A stretch of 64,000 nucleotides of DNA from an uncultured Ruminococcus sp. (GCA_902783005.1 CACZPI010000059.1:12356-76355); one strand, 5' to 3'; numbered from the stretch's first letter, positions 1 to 9,859 are shown. A program made the numbers and translations. Notes: a model not told the origin generated them from the letters alone.

Positions 1-2192
1 AGGGCATCCGGTGTTTCTGTCGCCTTACCAATCAGATCGTCACCGTCACGTCTGAGCTCATCAATCCAAAGCGTTTCATAACGATAGCCTACCTGGTCGG
101 CAATTTCATCATCAAGCCGAATTTCCATCCGTACTGCTGCCTGCTCCGGATTTCTGTCCATCAGTTGCAGCAGCAGCGGATACGACTGCTGCGCAAGAGC
201 GCGGCGGCGGTAGAATTCCGCATTTGTCTGCGGGAAATCAGCCTCTCCGGCTTCAAGTAGCTCTTCGCAGTCTGCGGGAGAAACAGGTTCAGCATCCTCG
301 CTTTCCAGCAGCATCAGTTCACCAATGCTGGTTTCTCCATCATGAGGAGAAGGCTTCCAGGTCAGCACGAATTGCTTCTCACCTGCTCTGCACCGGCCAA
401 AGACCTCGCCGCTTTCCGGAAGCACTCCCCTGCTGGTTACGACAGCAGCCGCTTCATCGAGAAGATCAGCCATGATCGTGTAATTATCCATCGTGGATCC
501 ATTGATTTCCAATTCACGGATCCCCATGCAGCTCAGACCGCGTGTACACATCCAGACAGATTGTGTCTCCTCATCACCGGAGAGCTCCAAACCGAACATA
601 TCACTCGGCGTAACAGCGGCGGAATACCGGGCTACATACTTCATCCAGTTTACCGGATATGCATGCAGCGTCATCAGATCTACAAAGCCCCTCATACCGG
701 GGAAAAGGGTGACTACCACCTGCGCGATCAGCGCCAGATCCTCCATAGGAGCGTCGCTGTACTCTGTCAAGGCCATATATTTGGGGTGTTCCATGATTGC
801 TCCAAGCAGCTCCGGATCCATGCCGGCAACAGGACGTGCAGGGATAGGCGGCAGATCCGGTACCTGACGAAGCGTCAGTTCAAACAGAGAATCCTCCGAT
901 TTCACGGAAAAAGAGTACTCCCCTTCTTCTACGACTGAGGACAGCAGTTCCTTGTCTTCAGGTAGCCAAGCACGAAGCCGCTCCTCAAGAACAGCAGGCT
1001 CCGGAAGTGTATCCTCAGTGAACCCGATCATAAATGCAGCCGGAAGGCGTCGAATGATCCCATGCGGCCGTGTATCCGCCTGCGGTTCCTGGTCAGCGTT
1101 CTTTTCTGTATCGACAACCAGCTCTTTTTCCAGCTTATCCATGTAGAAAGACGATCCGTTGCGGGCATCAAGCAGTTCCGATTGCTCCTTGGCGAATGTA
1201 TAGAACCACTGCTCCAGCTCAGGGATGGAGATTCCCTGCTTGGTACAGGTGACCGGAAGCTGACGGAAAATGGCATTGAGTGTGTATTCACCCTCCGGAT
1301 CATCCCCGCGCAGCTGATTGATCCTACGCAGCAGGCGGTAGGCGCCGCGGGCATACACCAGACGGCTCTCCGGGTTCCGGGAAGCGACAAAATCCGGGAG
1401 GGAGCGCTTCAATATCTTCCAGCCATGCTGGGGATCCGTCGAGGCAGCGACCTCCAGAAGGAGTCCGGTATCATACAGAAATTCCGGCTTCAGCTCTGTC
1501 CAGCGTTCTGCAAGAATGGCGTAATACTGTGCTTCATGCAAATCGCCCTTGTAGAGAAAATGCTCTGCAAGCGTAGAATAAGTCTTATGCGGAATCTCGG
1601 CACAGCGCTTCTGCCCGTCAAGGATCGGTGCTGCGATCTTCAAAGCCTGCTCGGTATTGCCAAGCGCCAGTGCGATTTCCATGTCGAAATTCATCTCACA
1701 GGCTTCACAATCGCTGAGCCTGTCACGACGGGCACGATGAAACTGCTCATAAACCTTCGGCATTTCATCAGGATCAGCCCGCATCAGGAAATGGCAGAGC
1801 TTATGGTAATAGATACGCAGCGAATAACCGAGATGCTCACAGCGTCTCCGGAATTCTGCATAGAAACGTTCGATTTCCTCACGCGATACCTGGTGGAATT
1901 CCGCCATATTTTCAATCACCCATTTAAAGACCACCATGATATCGTCTTCATAATCATCCTGTAATTCCGGGTGCTCGTCAAAGATCGCCAGCATTTCGGG
2001 AAAGGTAATGACAGCTTTAAAAGCATCGTCATGAAACACTGATTCCCTGATATATTCGTACCGAAAATAAATCCTCCATCTGTGTGAAGAAGCGTTGTCC
2101 GCCTCTGTAATTGCACTTTGCAGTGCACTCATACGCTCGCTCCCGTGCGGCAGATCATGAATCTGTTCGATCAGTTCTTCTGGATGAAACAT
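1..2192 (-). CDS. Hypothetical protein >730 aa (C-terminus outside window); TPR-like N-terminal module paralogous to the adjacent upstream gene, DUF2314-like distal region
   Basis: ATG at 2192 (alt 2198) just after GGAGA; this frame has no stop down to the window edge, which explains its absence from the ORF track. N-terminal ~330 aa align by eye with the 2206-3264 product (FRYEYIRESVF..FPEMLAIFDEHPELQDD vs FRYDYIEESIF..FPELLELFDSHEALQED). The last residues (YRYETLWIDELRRDGDDLIGKA) resemble the DUF2314 core. Confidence 0.7.
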   Translation of the reverse strand, partial: MFHPEELIEQIHDLPHGSERMSALQSAITEADNASSHRWRIYFRYEYIRESVFHDDAFKAVITFPEMLAIFDEHPELQDDYEDDIMVVFKWVIENMAEFHQVSREEIERFYAEFRRRCEHLGYSLRIYYHKLCHFLMRADPDEMPKVYEQFHRARRDRLSDCEACEMNFDMEIALALGNTEQALKIAAPILDGQKRCAEIPHKTYSTLAEHFLYKGDLHEAQYYAILAERWTELKPEFLYDTGLLLEVAASTDPQHGWKILKRSLPDFVASRNPESRLVYARGAYRLLRRINQLRGDDPEGEYTLNAIFRQLPVTCTKQGISIPELEQWFYTFAKEQSELLDARNGSSFYMDKLEKELVVDTEKNADQEPQADTRPHGIIRRLPAAFMIGFTEDTLPEPAVLEERLRAWLPEDKELLSSVVEEGEYSFSVKSEDSLFELTLRQVPDLPPIPARPVAGMDPELLGAIMEHPKYMALTEYSDAPMEDLALIAQVVVTLFPGMRGFVDLMTLHAYPVNWMKYVARYSAAVTPSDMFGLELSGDEETQSVWMCTRGLSCMGIRELEINGSTMDNYTIMADLLDEAAAVVTSRGVLPESGEVFGRCRAGEKQFVLTWKPSPHDGETSIGELMLLESEDAEPVSPADCEELLEAGEADFPQTNAEFYRRRALAQQSYPLLLQLMDRNPEQAAVRMEIRLDDEIADQVGYRYETLWIDELRRDGDDLIGKATETPDA

Positions 2193-2205
2193 AGCCATTC
2201 TCCTT

Positions 2206-3264
2206 TCATTCCGATGCAACCGGCAAAAGCAGGAGCTTTTGCATGAAATCATCGGTTCCGTTGCGTTCATCAAATCGCTTCGCAATCTTTGCGGCTTCTC
2301 TGTAGAAGTACCGTGCCATACCGTCAGGATCAGAAGGAATTTCGGATCCGTCGGGGACTCTGACAATGCAGGCAGCATTAGTTTGCCTGATCTGCTCCGC
2401 CAGATGTGCAGCTCCAACCAGAAAATGCACCTTCATCCAGGGATTCTTCGATTCCAGATACATCGCCAGGTGGTTTGAAAGAAGCTGTGCCCCATGTGCA
2501 GGGTCAGTCTGACTGTACAGAGACATCAGCGTGCCGATGTTATGCAGATAATAGGGATTATCCTTTGCGTAGGGCTCGAGCAGCTTTGCATAATGAGCCG
2601 CCTTGTCATAGTCGCCTTTTCTGATATAATAGGTCAGAAATTTATGGTAAGTAGACTGGGGCAGCGCAGAGGAACGCATCTTTCCGGAAAGGATCGGCTC
2701 TGCGGCACGGAATGCCTTTTCCTCCTGGTCTGTCAGAAGATAATACTCGACCTGATGGTTATAATACAGCGGCCTGCCGTCAGAAATCTCATCCAGCGGT
2801 GCTTCAAGAAAGCGATAGAAATCCGCTGCCGCCTGTGCACGGTCAATATGCCAGTAAACAAAACCGCGCTTCATATAGTAGATGTTCAGACTGTGACCGC
2901 CGTCCTGGAGCCGTCTTTTGAAAAGGCGGAAATACCGGTCGATTTCTTCCTTGGTTATCTGCGGGAATTCCTCTACCGCCTCCACGATCCAGCGGAACGT
3001 AATCAGCATCAGATGGCTGCATTGTCCGTCCTCCTGCAATGCTTCATGGCTGTCAAACAGTTCAAGCAGCTCCGGAAACATGATCAGTGCATAGTACCGA
3101 TCTCCGCAGAAGATAGATTCTTCGATGTAATCATAACGGAACATAAATTGCCATTTCAGATCCTGCTGCCGGTCTGCTTCACGAATGGCATCGCGCATTG
3201 CACTCAGACGCGGCGTTCCGCGGTCAAGTGCTTCAAAGCCTGCTTCGGTATCCTGAAAACTCAT
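2206..3264 (-). CDS. Hypothetical TPR-like helical protein (352 aa), paralog of the N-terminal half of the downstream gene
   Basis: Complete ORF. AAGGAGG lies 7 nt before the ATG and 12 nt after the htpG stop. TPR-like helix-pair signature (RKGDYDKAAHYAKLLEPY). Confidence 0.8.
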   Translation of the reverse strand: MSFQDTEAGFEALDRGTPRLSAMRDAIREADRQQDLKWQFMFRYDYIEESIFCGDRYYALIMFPELLELFDSHEALQEDGQCSHLMLITFRWIVEAVEEFPQITKEEIDRYFRLFKRRLQDGGHSLNIYYMKRGFVYWHIDRAQAAADFYRFLEAPLDEISDGRPLYYNHQVEYYLLTDQEEKAFRAAEPILSGKMRSSALPQSTYHKFLTYYIRKGDYDKAAHYAKLLEPYAKDNPYYLHNIGTLMSLYSQTDPAHGAQLLSNHLAMYLESKNPWMKVHFLVGAAHLAEQIRQTNAACIVRVPDGSEIPSDPDGMARYFYREAAKIAKRFDERNGTDDFMQKLLLLPVASE

Positions 3265-3276
3265 TGTATCGCCTCC

Positions 3277-5052
3277 TTATGATACGCCCCATTCCAGCAG
3301 GCGGATCAGATTGTCATTGAACACGGTCATTTCACCGCCCTGCAGCGGAAAACGCCCTGTCAGAAGTGACTGCACATAAAGGATCTGCAATGCGACCCTT
3401 GCCTTCTCCATGTCTTCAAGGGAAGCCAGCCGGCGAATCAGCGGATTGCTCCAGTTCAGATAGAGCGTCGCCCGATGTCCTTTCAGCTCTTCGGCAAAAG
3501 AGGAAAGCATGGATGCAAACATTTCGCCTGAATGCTCCTGCGAATGGCGGATCTCGCGCAAAGTCTCCGCATCCTCATCCAGCATATAGAAAACCGGAAG
3601 CGTGGAAGGTGAAAAATTCTTGAGCTGCGCATCACAGTCATATTCGTCGAGCATCATCCGGGCTATGCGCATCAGATCAGAAGCGCTTCCGGTGTCCTCG
3701 GGTTCGGTAAGGAATTCATCAAAGGACACCATTGCAAGCGGACAAAGCTCCACGCTGCTGTCATATTCCTGCATCATCCGCAGCAGCGAAGCATCGTACA
3801 CATAGCAGGCATTGACAAGGAGCTGCCCCTGTGCCAGCATCAGAGCGGCCGTGCGGTGGAATTGATTGATATCCGTTGAAAAATGAATGATATCCCGGCG
3901 TTTGAGAAGGTCACGTCCGGTCAGCTCCCCCATATTCGTTTCAAAATGCAGAAACGGAATGAATGTCCGGAAGAAATCCTCATCTTCTGCTGCCATGGAC
4001 TTGATCGCCATGAAATGCACCTGGATAATCCGTTCAAGCAGTGCAGGATTCCGGTGAGACAACTCCATGAGATAGGCAGAAATGCATTTGCTCAGTTCCT
4101 CCCGCGCTTCAAGCAGCAGATCATCCTCATAAAAGCTTTCCCGCGATGCAGTAGGCCGCAGCTGCGTGGTATTGATAAAGCATCTGAGAAAACCGGTCCA
4201 TTTCGGGAGCAGTGCTTCTCCGTCCTCTGTCAGGAGCAGATTCTTCAGATAGATTCTATGGCTTCCCTTTGCATGCACACTGACTGCATGAGGCAAGATA
4301 TAGGCAACGCCGCTGAACAGACCTTTAGCGGATTCCAGAGGAATATAGCCCAGAAAATCCGTGTCGAAAATGCGTTTCCCAAGCTGCTCCACACTTCCCG
4401 CACTTCCGAAGTCCACATTGATCTGCCGCTCCCCTTCTGCATCTGCAATCAGGATCGGAATGGTGATCGGCAGTCCGTAATAATGAATCAGCTCAGTCAG
4501 TCGTTCTGCATCATAGTACGTTTCAGCGCCGGGTTTCGCATTCAGAATGATATCCGTACCGATTTCCGGCTTTTTCCCGCCTGTCAGCTCTGTGATCGTA
4601 TAGGTTCCGTCCGGCATCCCCCGGAATTTCCATGCATGCTCCGGATCACGGACGCTACGGGTATGTACCAGGATTTCATCAGAAACCATAAAGCAGGATA
4701 ATAAACCGATACCAAACCGGCCGATATAATCCTCATACACGCGGCCGGTTTCCAGATCCCGCTTGGAGCTCTGCCCGATCACCGCAAGGAACTGATGGAT
4801 CTCATCACGAGTCAGACCCGCACCGGAATCGGTAAAGACCAATTGACGGCCGGGATCGACTTTGATCCGTAAATGCGCATCCCGCAGATCCGACTGCTGT
4901 TTCTTTCGTGCACTGATGGCATCAATTCCATTTTGCAGCAGCTCGCGGATGAATACCTCCGGCGTGCTGTACAGATGGTTGGCCAGAATGTCGATCATAC
5001 CGCCAAGATTAACCTTAAATACAAATTGCTCCTCCAAACCGGGGCACCTCAT
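3277..5052 (-). CDS. htpG: HSP90-family molecular chaperone (HtpG-like, GHKL ATPase)
   Basis: Bergerat-fold boxes ELLQNGIDA (N box), DSGAGLT (G1) and GRFGIGLLS (G2). The N-terminus aligns with E. coli HtpG from FKVNLGGMIDILANHLYS. The track start at 5145 lies upstream of the predicted -10, so ATG 5052 (MRCPGLEEQ) was chosen; its SD is weak. Confidence 0.88.
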   Translation of the reverse strand: MRCPGLEEQFVFKVNLGGMIDILANHLYSTPEVFIRELLQNGIDAISARKKQQSDLRDAHLRIKVDPGRQLVFTDSGAGLTRDEIHQFLAVIGQSSKRDLETGRVYEDYIGRFGIGLLSCFMVSDEILVHTRSVRDPEHAWKFRGMPDGTYTITELTGGKKPEIGTDIILNAKPGAETYYDAERLTELIHYYGLPITIPILIADAEGERQINVDFGSAGSVEQLGKRIFDTDFLGYIPLESAKGLFSGVAYILPHAVSVHAKGSHRIYLKNLLLTEDGEALLPKWTGFLRCFINTTQLRPTASRESFYEDDLLLEAREELSKCISAYLMELSHRNPALLERIIQVHFMAIKSMAAEDEDFFRTFIPFLHFETNMGELTGRDLLKRRDIIHFSTDINQFHRTAALMLAQGQLLVNACYVYDASLLRMMQEYDSSVELCPLAMVSFDEFLTEPEDTGSASDLMRIARMMLDEYDCDAQLKNFSPSTLPVFYMLDEDAETLREIRHSQEHSGEMFASMLSSFAEELKGHRATLYLNWSNPLIRRLASLEDMEKARVALQILYVQSLLTGRFPLQGGEMTVFNDNLIRLLEWGVS

Positions 5053-5106
5053 TTCATGATTTTGAATTCCGGCACCACAGCGATGCCATTTTGCAAATAC
5101 ATCTAT

Positions 5107-5135
5107 ATTGTACCATAGATACACAGAAAAAACAA
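5107..5135 (-). promoter_or_regulatory. Candidate sigma-A promoter of the htpG operon (TTGTTT-17-TGgTACAAT)
   Basis: Read on the minus strand; extended -10 TG present. No CIRCE-like inverted repeat seen. Confidence 0.4.
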
Positions 5136-5217
5136 GTATTTTCATAAAAAACTACACAGGAATCTCACACAGGACTGCCAAAGTCTGCAATTGCTTCTTC
5201 TTTTTTCGCGTTTTCTA

Positions 5218-5246
5218 TTGACAAGCTGTCTTCGTAGGTGTATAAT
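5218..5246 (+). promoter_or_regulatory. sigma-A promoter of the rib operon (TTGACA-17-TATAAT)
   Basis: Perfect consensus hexamers with 17-nt spacer, directly upstream of the FMN riboswitch. Confidence 0.8.
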
Positions 5247-5257
5247 AAACTTATAGC

Positions 5258-5400
5258 AACAGTTCTTCGGGGTATGTGTGATTCATAACCGACGGTGAGC
5301 AGAGGCTGACGCACTCTGTAAGTCCGTGAGCTGCATTTTGCAGCCGAGCCGGTGGGATTCCGGCACCGACGGTACAGTCCGGATGGGAGAAGAATGCATG
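5258..5400 (+). promoter_or_regulatory. FMN riboswitch (RFN element) aptamer
   Basis: Hallmark RFN strings: TTCTTCGGGG (5' P1), ACCGACGGT, CCGTGAGC, GGTGGGATTCCGGCACCGACGGTACAGTCCGGATGGGAGAAGAA (3' P1 pairs GAAGAA with TTCTTC). Located upstream of ribD. Confidence 0.9.
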
Positions 5401-5423
5401 AGTGCATCCGATACCAGAATGTA

Positions 5424-5455
5424 AAGCCCCGGAGTAGATGCTCCGGGGTTTTTTC
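5424..5455 (+). terminator. Intrinsic terminator forming the FMN riboswitch expression platform
   Basis: CCCCGGAG-tagatg-CTCCGGGG followed by TTTTTT, 46 nt before the ribD ATG. Confidence 0.85.
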
Positions 5456-5500
5456 CATTCAGGAAGCCCCTGTACAGAAAGGATTTGTTAGGGTATCAGT

Positions 5501-6613
5501 ATGGGAAACGAAGCGGATTTCAGAACACCAGAAGCCTACATGCGGCGTGCCATTGCGCTTGCAAAAAGAGGAACCGGGTTTGTCAATCCAAACCCTCTGG
5601 TCGGTGCCGTGATTGTCAAGGACGGGCGGATCATCGGAGAGGGATGGCATGAGCGATACGGTGAGCCCCATGCAGAACGCAATGCACTTGCACACTGCAC
5701 CGAGGATCCTGCCGGATCTGAGATGTATGTGACACTTGAGCCTTGCTGTCACCACGGCAAACAGCCGCCATGTACCGAGGCGATCATAGAGGCCGGTATC
5801 AGAAAGGTGATCGTCGGATCGGATGACCCCAATCCGCTTGTGGCGGGAAAGGGTCTGGCGATCCTGAAAAATTCCGGGATCGAAGTGGAACGAGGATTTC
5901 TGAAGGAAGAATGTGACCAGATCAACCAGATCTTCTTTCATTATATCCGGACGAAAACACCGTATGTTGTCCTGAAGATCGCCATGACTGCTGACGGTAA
6001 AACAGCAACCCGTGCCGGTCTTTCAAAATGGATCACCGGAGAGGAATCACGCCGGCATGTACACGAGACCCGGAAGCGCTGTGCCGGTATCATGATCGGA
6101 ATCGGAACAGTGCTTGCAGATGATCCGACACTCACCTGCCGGGTAGAAAACCCGAGCAATCCCGCAAGAATCATCTGCGATTCCAATTTGCAGATACCGA
6201 TGGACTGCAAGCTGGTAGAGACGGCAAGAGAGATCCCGACGTATATCGCCTGCTGTGATCCGGATCCCAAAAAGATCGCATTGCTTGAAGATAAAGGCGT
6301 GCATGTAATTGAGACGGTATCCTCGGAAGGGCGTGTCAACCTCAAGTCCCTCATGCGAAAGCTGGGATCGCTGGAGATTGATTCCGTGCTGCTCGAGGGT
6401 GGCGCCGCACTTCATGAGGCTGCGCTTCGTGCCGGGATCGTACAGCATGTTCAGGTATATATCGCTCCGAAGATCTTTGGCGGTGTTAGTGCAAAATCTG
6501 CTGTCGGAGGTCTGGGTGTCTTTGAAGTAGAAGATGCTTACCGACTGTCCCGCCCGGAGATCTCGCGATTCGGGGATGATGTGCTCCTGGAATTTGAAGT
6601 GGAGGAAACGTAA
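5501..6613 (+). CDS. ribD: Bifunctional diaminohydroxyphosphoribosylaminopyrimidine deaminase / 5-amino-6-(5-phosphoribosylamino)uracil reductase
   Basis: CMP/dCMP deaminase zinc motifs (HAERNAL, TLEPCCHHGKQPPC) plus a RibD C-terminal reductase domain. TAATG overlap with ribE. Confidence 0.95.
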   Translation: MGNEADFRTPEAYMRRAIALAKRGTGFVNPNPLVGAVIVKDGRIIGEGWHERYGEPHAERNALAHCTEDPAGSEMYVTLEPCCHHGKQPPCTEAIIEAGIRKVIVGSDDPNPLVAGKGLAILKNSGIEVERGFLKEECDQINQIFFHYIRTKTPYVVLKIAMTADGKTATRAGLSKWITGEESRRHVHETRKRCAGIMIGIGTVLADDPTLTCRVENPSNPARIICDSNLQIPMDCKLVETAREIPTYIACCDPDPKKIALLEDKGVHVIETVSSEGRVNLKSLMRKLGSLEIDSVLLEGGAALHEAALRAGIVQHVQVYIAPKIFGGVSAKSAVGGLGVFEVEDAYRLSRPEISRFGDDVLLEFEVEET

Positions 6614-7254
6614 TGTTTACCGGAATTATCGAGGAAATCGGAACAATTGCCCACATCCGGATGGGTACCGCCTCCTGTGTGCTGACCATCCATGCGGAAA
6701 AGATCCTGTCGGATATTCATATCGGTGACAGCATTGCCGTCAATGGCACCTGTCTGACCGTTTGTTCCTTCAACGGAAACCAATTCTCTGCAGATGTCAT
6801 GCCGGAAACGATGCGGAGAACGAATCTCGGCCGGCTCTCCCCCGGCAGCCGTGTCAATCTGGAACGTGCCATGGCGGCTGACGGACGATTCGGCGGACAC
6901 ATCGTATCGGGTCATATCGACGGAACCGGGACTGTAAAATCCTTCAAGCGCGAGGATAATGCGGTATGGGTCACGATCGCTGCATCGGCGGAGCTTCTGA
7001 AATACATCGTTGAGAAAGGCAGCATTGCGATTGACGGCATCAGCCTGACCGTGGCACGGGTCACGTCGCAGGATTTTTCCGTTTCTGTCATCCCGCACAC
7101 TGGGGAAGAGACAACGCTTCTTGCCCGGAAACCGGGGGACACTGTCAATCTGGAATGCGACGTTGTAGCAAAATACATCGAGAAGCTGCTCGGAAATGCA
7201 AAGAAAAAGGGCGGCATTACCCCGCTGTTTCTCAGTGAGCACGGATATTTGTAA
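6613..7254 (+). CDS. ribE: Riboflavin synthase (alpha chain)
   Basis: MFTGIIEEIG start and duplicated lumazine-binding repeats (GDSIAVNGTCLTV / GSIAIDGISLTV). Confidence 0.95.
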   Translation: MFTGIIEEIGTIAHIRMGTASCVLTIHAEKILSDIHIGDSIAVNGTCLTVCSFNGNQFSADVMPETMRRTNLGRLSPGSRVNLERAMAADGRFGGHIVSGHIDGTGTVKSFKREDNAVWVTIAASAELLKYIVEKGSIAIDGISLTVARVTSQDFSVSVIPHTGEETTLLARKPGDTVNLECDVVAKYIEKLLGNAKKKGGITPLFLSEHGYL

Positions 7255-7329
7255 TACCCGTCTGAAAATCGCAATTTAACGGCGGAGAAGCGACATTTCC
7301 ATGATCCGCCAGGAAAAAGGAGAACCACT

Positions 7330-8541
7330 ATGAATTATAACACCATACCCGAGGCACTTGATGCCCTGAGAGCCGGGAAGCTGATCCTGGTGATTGATGA
7401 TCCCGACCGGGAGAATGAGGGCGATCTGATCTGTGCTGCAAAATTCGCGACCACAGAGAATGTCAACTTCATGGCAAGCAAGGCGAAAGGCCTGATCTGT
7501 ATGCCGATGAGCCGTGAATATGTCCACAAGCTGCGACTCAATCCAATGGTGGCACATAACACGGACAATCATGAAACGGCATTTACAGAATCCATCGACC
7601 ATGTAGACACCACCACCGGTATTTCCGCAGAAGAACGCGGATATACCGCAAGGATGTGTGTGGAGTGTGCCAATCCCTACGATTTTCGCAGACCCGGCCA
7701 CATGTTTCCCTTGGAAGCAAAACCGGGCGGTGTGCTCGAACGCAACGGGCATACAGAAGCCACGGTTGATCTGCTTCGCCTTGCCGGACTTGAACAAGTC
7801 GGCCTCTGCTGCGAAATTATGGCTGAAAACGGTACCATGATGCGCACAACGGAGCTGCTCGGATTCGCAGAAGAATACCATCTGTGCATCATCACCATCA
7901 AGGAACTGCAGCAGTACCGCAGAATGCACGACAAATTCATGGAGAAGGTCAGTGCAGCGCATCTGCCGACAAAGTACGGTGAATTTTCCATCCACGGCTA
8001 CCGCAACCAGATCACAGGACGAGAGCATGTGGCGCTCGTGATGGGCGATGTCGCAAACGGTGATCCGGTGCTTTGCCGGGTACATTCGGAATGCCTGACC
8101 GGCGATGTATTCGGTTCTGCAAGATGTGACTGCGGCCAGCAGCTTGATGAAGCAATGCGGCGGATTGCCAAGGAAGGACGCGGCATTCTTGTATATCTGC
8201 GGCAGGAGGGGCGCGGCATTGGTCTGCTCAACAAGATCAAGGCATATGATTTGCAGGAGCATGGGCGCGATACCGTTGAGGCAAATGTCGAACTCGGCTT
8301 CCCGCCGGATATGCGTGATTACAGCGAAGGCGCACAGATCCTCCGGGATCTGGGGGCTTCAAAGCTGCGGATCATGACCAACAATCCCGACAAGATCTCT
8401 GATCTTTCGGAATACGGTATTGAGATCGTCAGCCGTGAAGCAATTGAGATTGCCCCCAAGGAAGAGGATCTGTTCTATCTGAAAACCAAGCGGGATAAGA
8501 TGGGTCATATGCTGCATAAACTCGATGAAAACAACGATTGA
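7330..8541 (+). CDS. ribBA: Bifunctional 3,4-dihydroxy-2-butanone-4-phosphate synthase / GTP cyclohydrolase II
   Basis: DHBP synthase motif (DRENEGDL), GTP cyclohydrolase II zinc motif ([18 protein letters not shown]). AAAGGAGAA RBS. Confidence 0.95.
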   Translation: MNYNTIPEALDALRAGKLILVIDDPDRENEGDLICAAKFATTENVNFMASKAKGLICMPMSREYVHKLRLNPMVAHNTDNHETAFTESIDHVDTTTGISAEERGYTARMCVECANPYDFRRPGHMFPLEAKPGGVLERNGHTEATVDLLRLAGLEQVGLCCEIMAENGTMMRTTELLGFAEEYHLCIITIKELQQYRRMHDKFMEKVSAAHLPTKYGEFSIHGYRNQITGREHVALVMGDVANGDPVLCRVHSECLTGDVFGSARCDCGQQLDEAMRRIAKEGRGILVYLRQEGRGIGLLNKIKAYDLQEHGRDTVEANVELGFPPDMRDYSEGAQILRDLGASKLRIMTNNPDKISDLSEYGIEIVSREAIEIAPKEEDLFYLKTKRDKMGHMLHKLDENND

Positions 8542-8555
8542 AAGGAAGTATTCAC

Positions 8556-9017
8556 ATGAAAACACTTGAAGGTATGTACGAAGGCAAGGGTCTGAAAATC
8601 GCGATCGTTGCCGCAAGATTCAATGAATTTATCGTCTCGAAGCTCGTCGGCGGCGCTGAGGACTGCCTTGTCCGCCACGGTGTTGACGGGGATGATATTA
8701 CGCTTGCATGGGTACCGGGCGCATTTGAGATCCCGCTGGTTGCCAAGAAACTCGCCGGATCCGGCAAGTATGATGCGGTGATCTGCGTCGGTGCTGTCAT
8801 TCGCGGTTCCACCAGTCACTACGATTATGTATGCGCCGAGGTTTCCAAGGGCATTGCATCGGTTTCGCTTGAAACCGGCGTTCCGGTCATGTTCGGCGTA
8901 CTGACGACCGATACGATCGAGCAGGCAATTGAGAGAGCCGGTACCAAGGCAGGCAATAAGGGCTATGACTGTGCGCTCGGTGCGCTTGAGCTGGTTTCCC
9001 TGCTGAAGAAGGCATAA
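8556..9017 (+). CDS. ribH: 6,7-dimethyl-8-ribityllumazine synthase
   Basis: Typical lumazine synthase sequence ([34 protein letters not shown]). ATG 8556 has AAAGGAAG 8 nt upstream; the track start 8538 overlaps the ribBA stop and lacks an RBS. Confidence 0.93.
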   Translation: MKTLEGMYEGKGLKIAIVAARFNEFIVSKLVGGAEDCLVRHGVDGDDITLAWVPGAFEIPLVAKKLAGSGKYDAVICVGAVIRGSTSHYDYVCAEVSKGIASVSLETGVPVMFGVLTTDTIEQAIERAGTKAGNKGYDCALGALELVSLLKKA

Positions 9018-9018
9018 C

Positions 9019-9813
9019 ATGCAGAAAATCCTGTTCTTTGATATCGACGGCACGCTCATGGAGGATTCTTCCTCGCATTTCGTGCCGGAAAGTACCTTTG
9101 AAGCACTCCGGAAAGCAAGAGAAGCCGGGCATCTGCTCTACATCAATACGGGTCGCCCGCTCATCAATGTGGATGCCGATGTTCGCGTGATGGGCTTTGA
9201 CGGATATGTCTGCGGATGTGGCACCTATATTGAATATGACGGCAAGGAAGTGTTCTATCACACACAGCCGGCAGAGGTCTGCCGGAAAATGGTAGAGCTG
9301 ATCCGGGAAACCGACTGCTCTCCCCTCTTTGAACGGCGTGACGGATTCTTCTTTGATCCCCAAACGCGCGATCTTCCGTTTATCAAAACCATCCGGGAAA
9401 CCTTCCGGATGCAGGAGAAAAATGTGTGGCGCAGCGCAGATGATCCGGATTTTGGATTCGACAAATTTGTCATCGGATACGATGAGAAATCCGACCTGGA
9501 CGGATTCAAAGCGGGCATTGCACCCTATTTTCAGTACATTGACCGCGGATACGGATTTGCGGAAATGGCACCGCTCGGCTATTCCAAGGGAACCGGCATG
9601 AAGTGGGTTCTTGAGAAGCATGCCATTTCCAAGGACTGCTGCTACGCCATTGGTGACAGCCTTAACGATCTGCCGATGTTTGAGGAAGCCGGCACCTCGA
9701 TCTGTATGGGAAACGGCGACCTGCTCAAACCGCATGCAGATTATGTGACTGCTGATCTCTGGCATGACGGTGTATATCAGGCCATGGATCATTTCGGTTT
9801 CTTTGAAGCATAA
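9019..9813 (+). CDS. HAD-IIB (Cof-type) phosphatase, candidate 5-amino-6-(5-phospho-D-ribitylamino)uracil phosphatase
   Basis: HAD motif I FFDIDGTL and motif IV GDSLNDLPM. The ATG lies 1 nt after the ribH stop, so it is the last gene of the riboswitch-controlled operon. Confidence 0.85.
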   Translation: MQKILFFDIDGTLMEDSSSHFVPESTFEALRKAREAGHLLYINTGRPLINVDADVRVMGFDGYVCGCGTYIEYDGKEVFYHTQPAEVCRKMVELIRETDCSPLFERRDGFFFDPQTRDLPFIKTIRETFRMQEKNVWRSADDPDFGFDKFVIGYDEKSDLDGFKAGIAPYFQYIDRGYGFAEMAPLGYSKGTGMKWVLEKHAISKDCCYAIGDSLNDLPMFEEAGTSICMGNGDLLKPHADYVTADLWHDGVYQAMDHFGFFEA

Positions 9814-9818
9814 AAGCG

Positions 9819-9859
9819 ACACAGCTTCGGACACACTCCGAAGCTGTGTTATTTTTTTT
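9819..9859. terminator. Bidirectional intrinsic terminator (rib operon / small convergent gene)
   Basis: ACACAGCTTCGG-acacact-CCGAAGCTGTGT followed by T8 on the plus strand. The T-tract also encodes the C-terminal EKK of the minus-strand gene. Confidence 0.85.

Noticed and set aside
1062-1964. 300-aa plus-strand ORF, plus other short ORFs at 224-1390, in the leftmost 2 kb.
   Set aside because: The minus strand carries an uninterrupted frame from 2192 to the window edge. Its product is clearly paralogous to the neighbouring gene, so the plus-strand ORFs are antisense shadows.
5053-5145. N-terminal extensions given by the ORF track. Examples: htpG from 5145, purD from 30664, purM from 36482, cysD from 17221, E1 from 20522, TusA from 21347, thioredoxin from 21016, rlu from 49948.
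   Set aside because: The extensions start at TTG/GTG or at ATGs lacking an SD. They overlap upstream genes or promoters and add non-homologous residues. Internal ATGs with AGGAGG-type sites at 5-10 nt match family N-termini.
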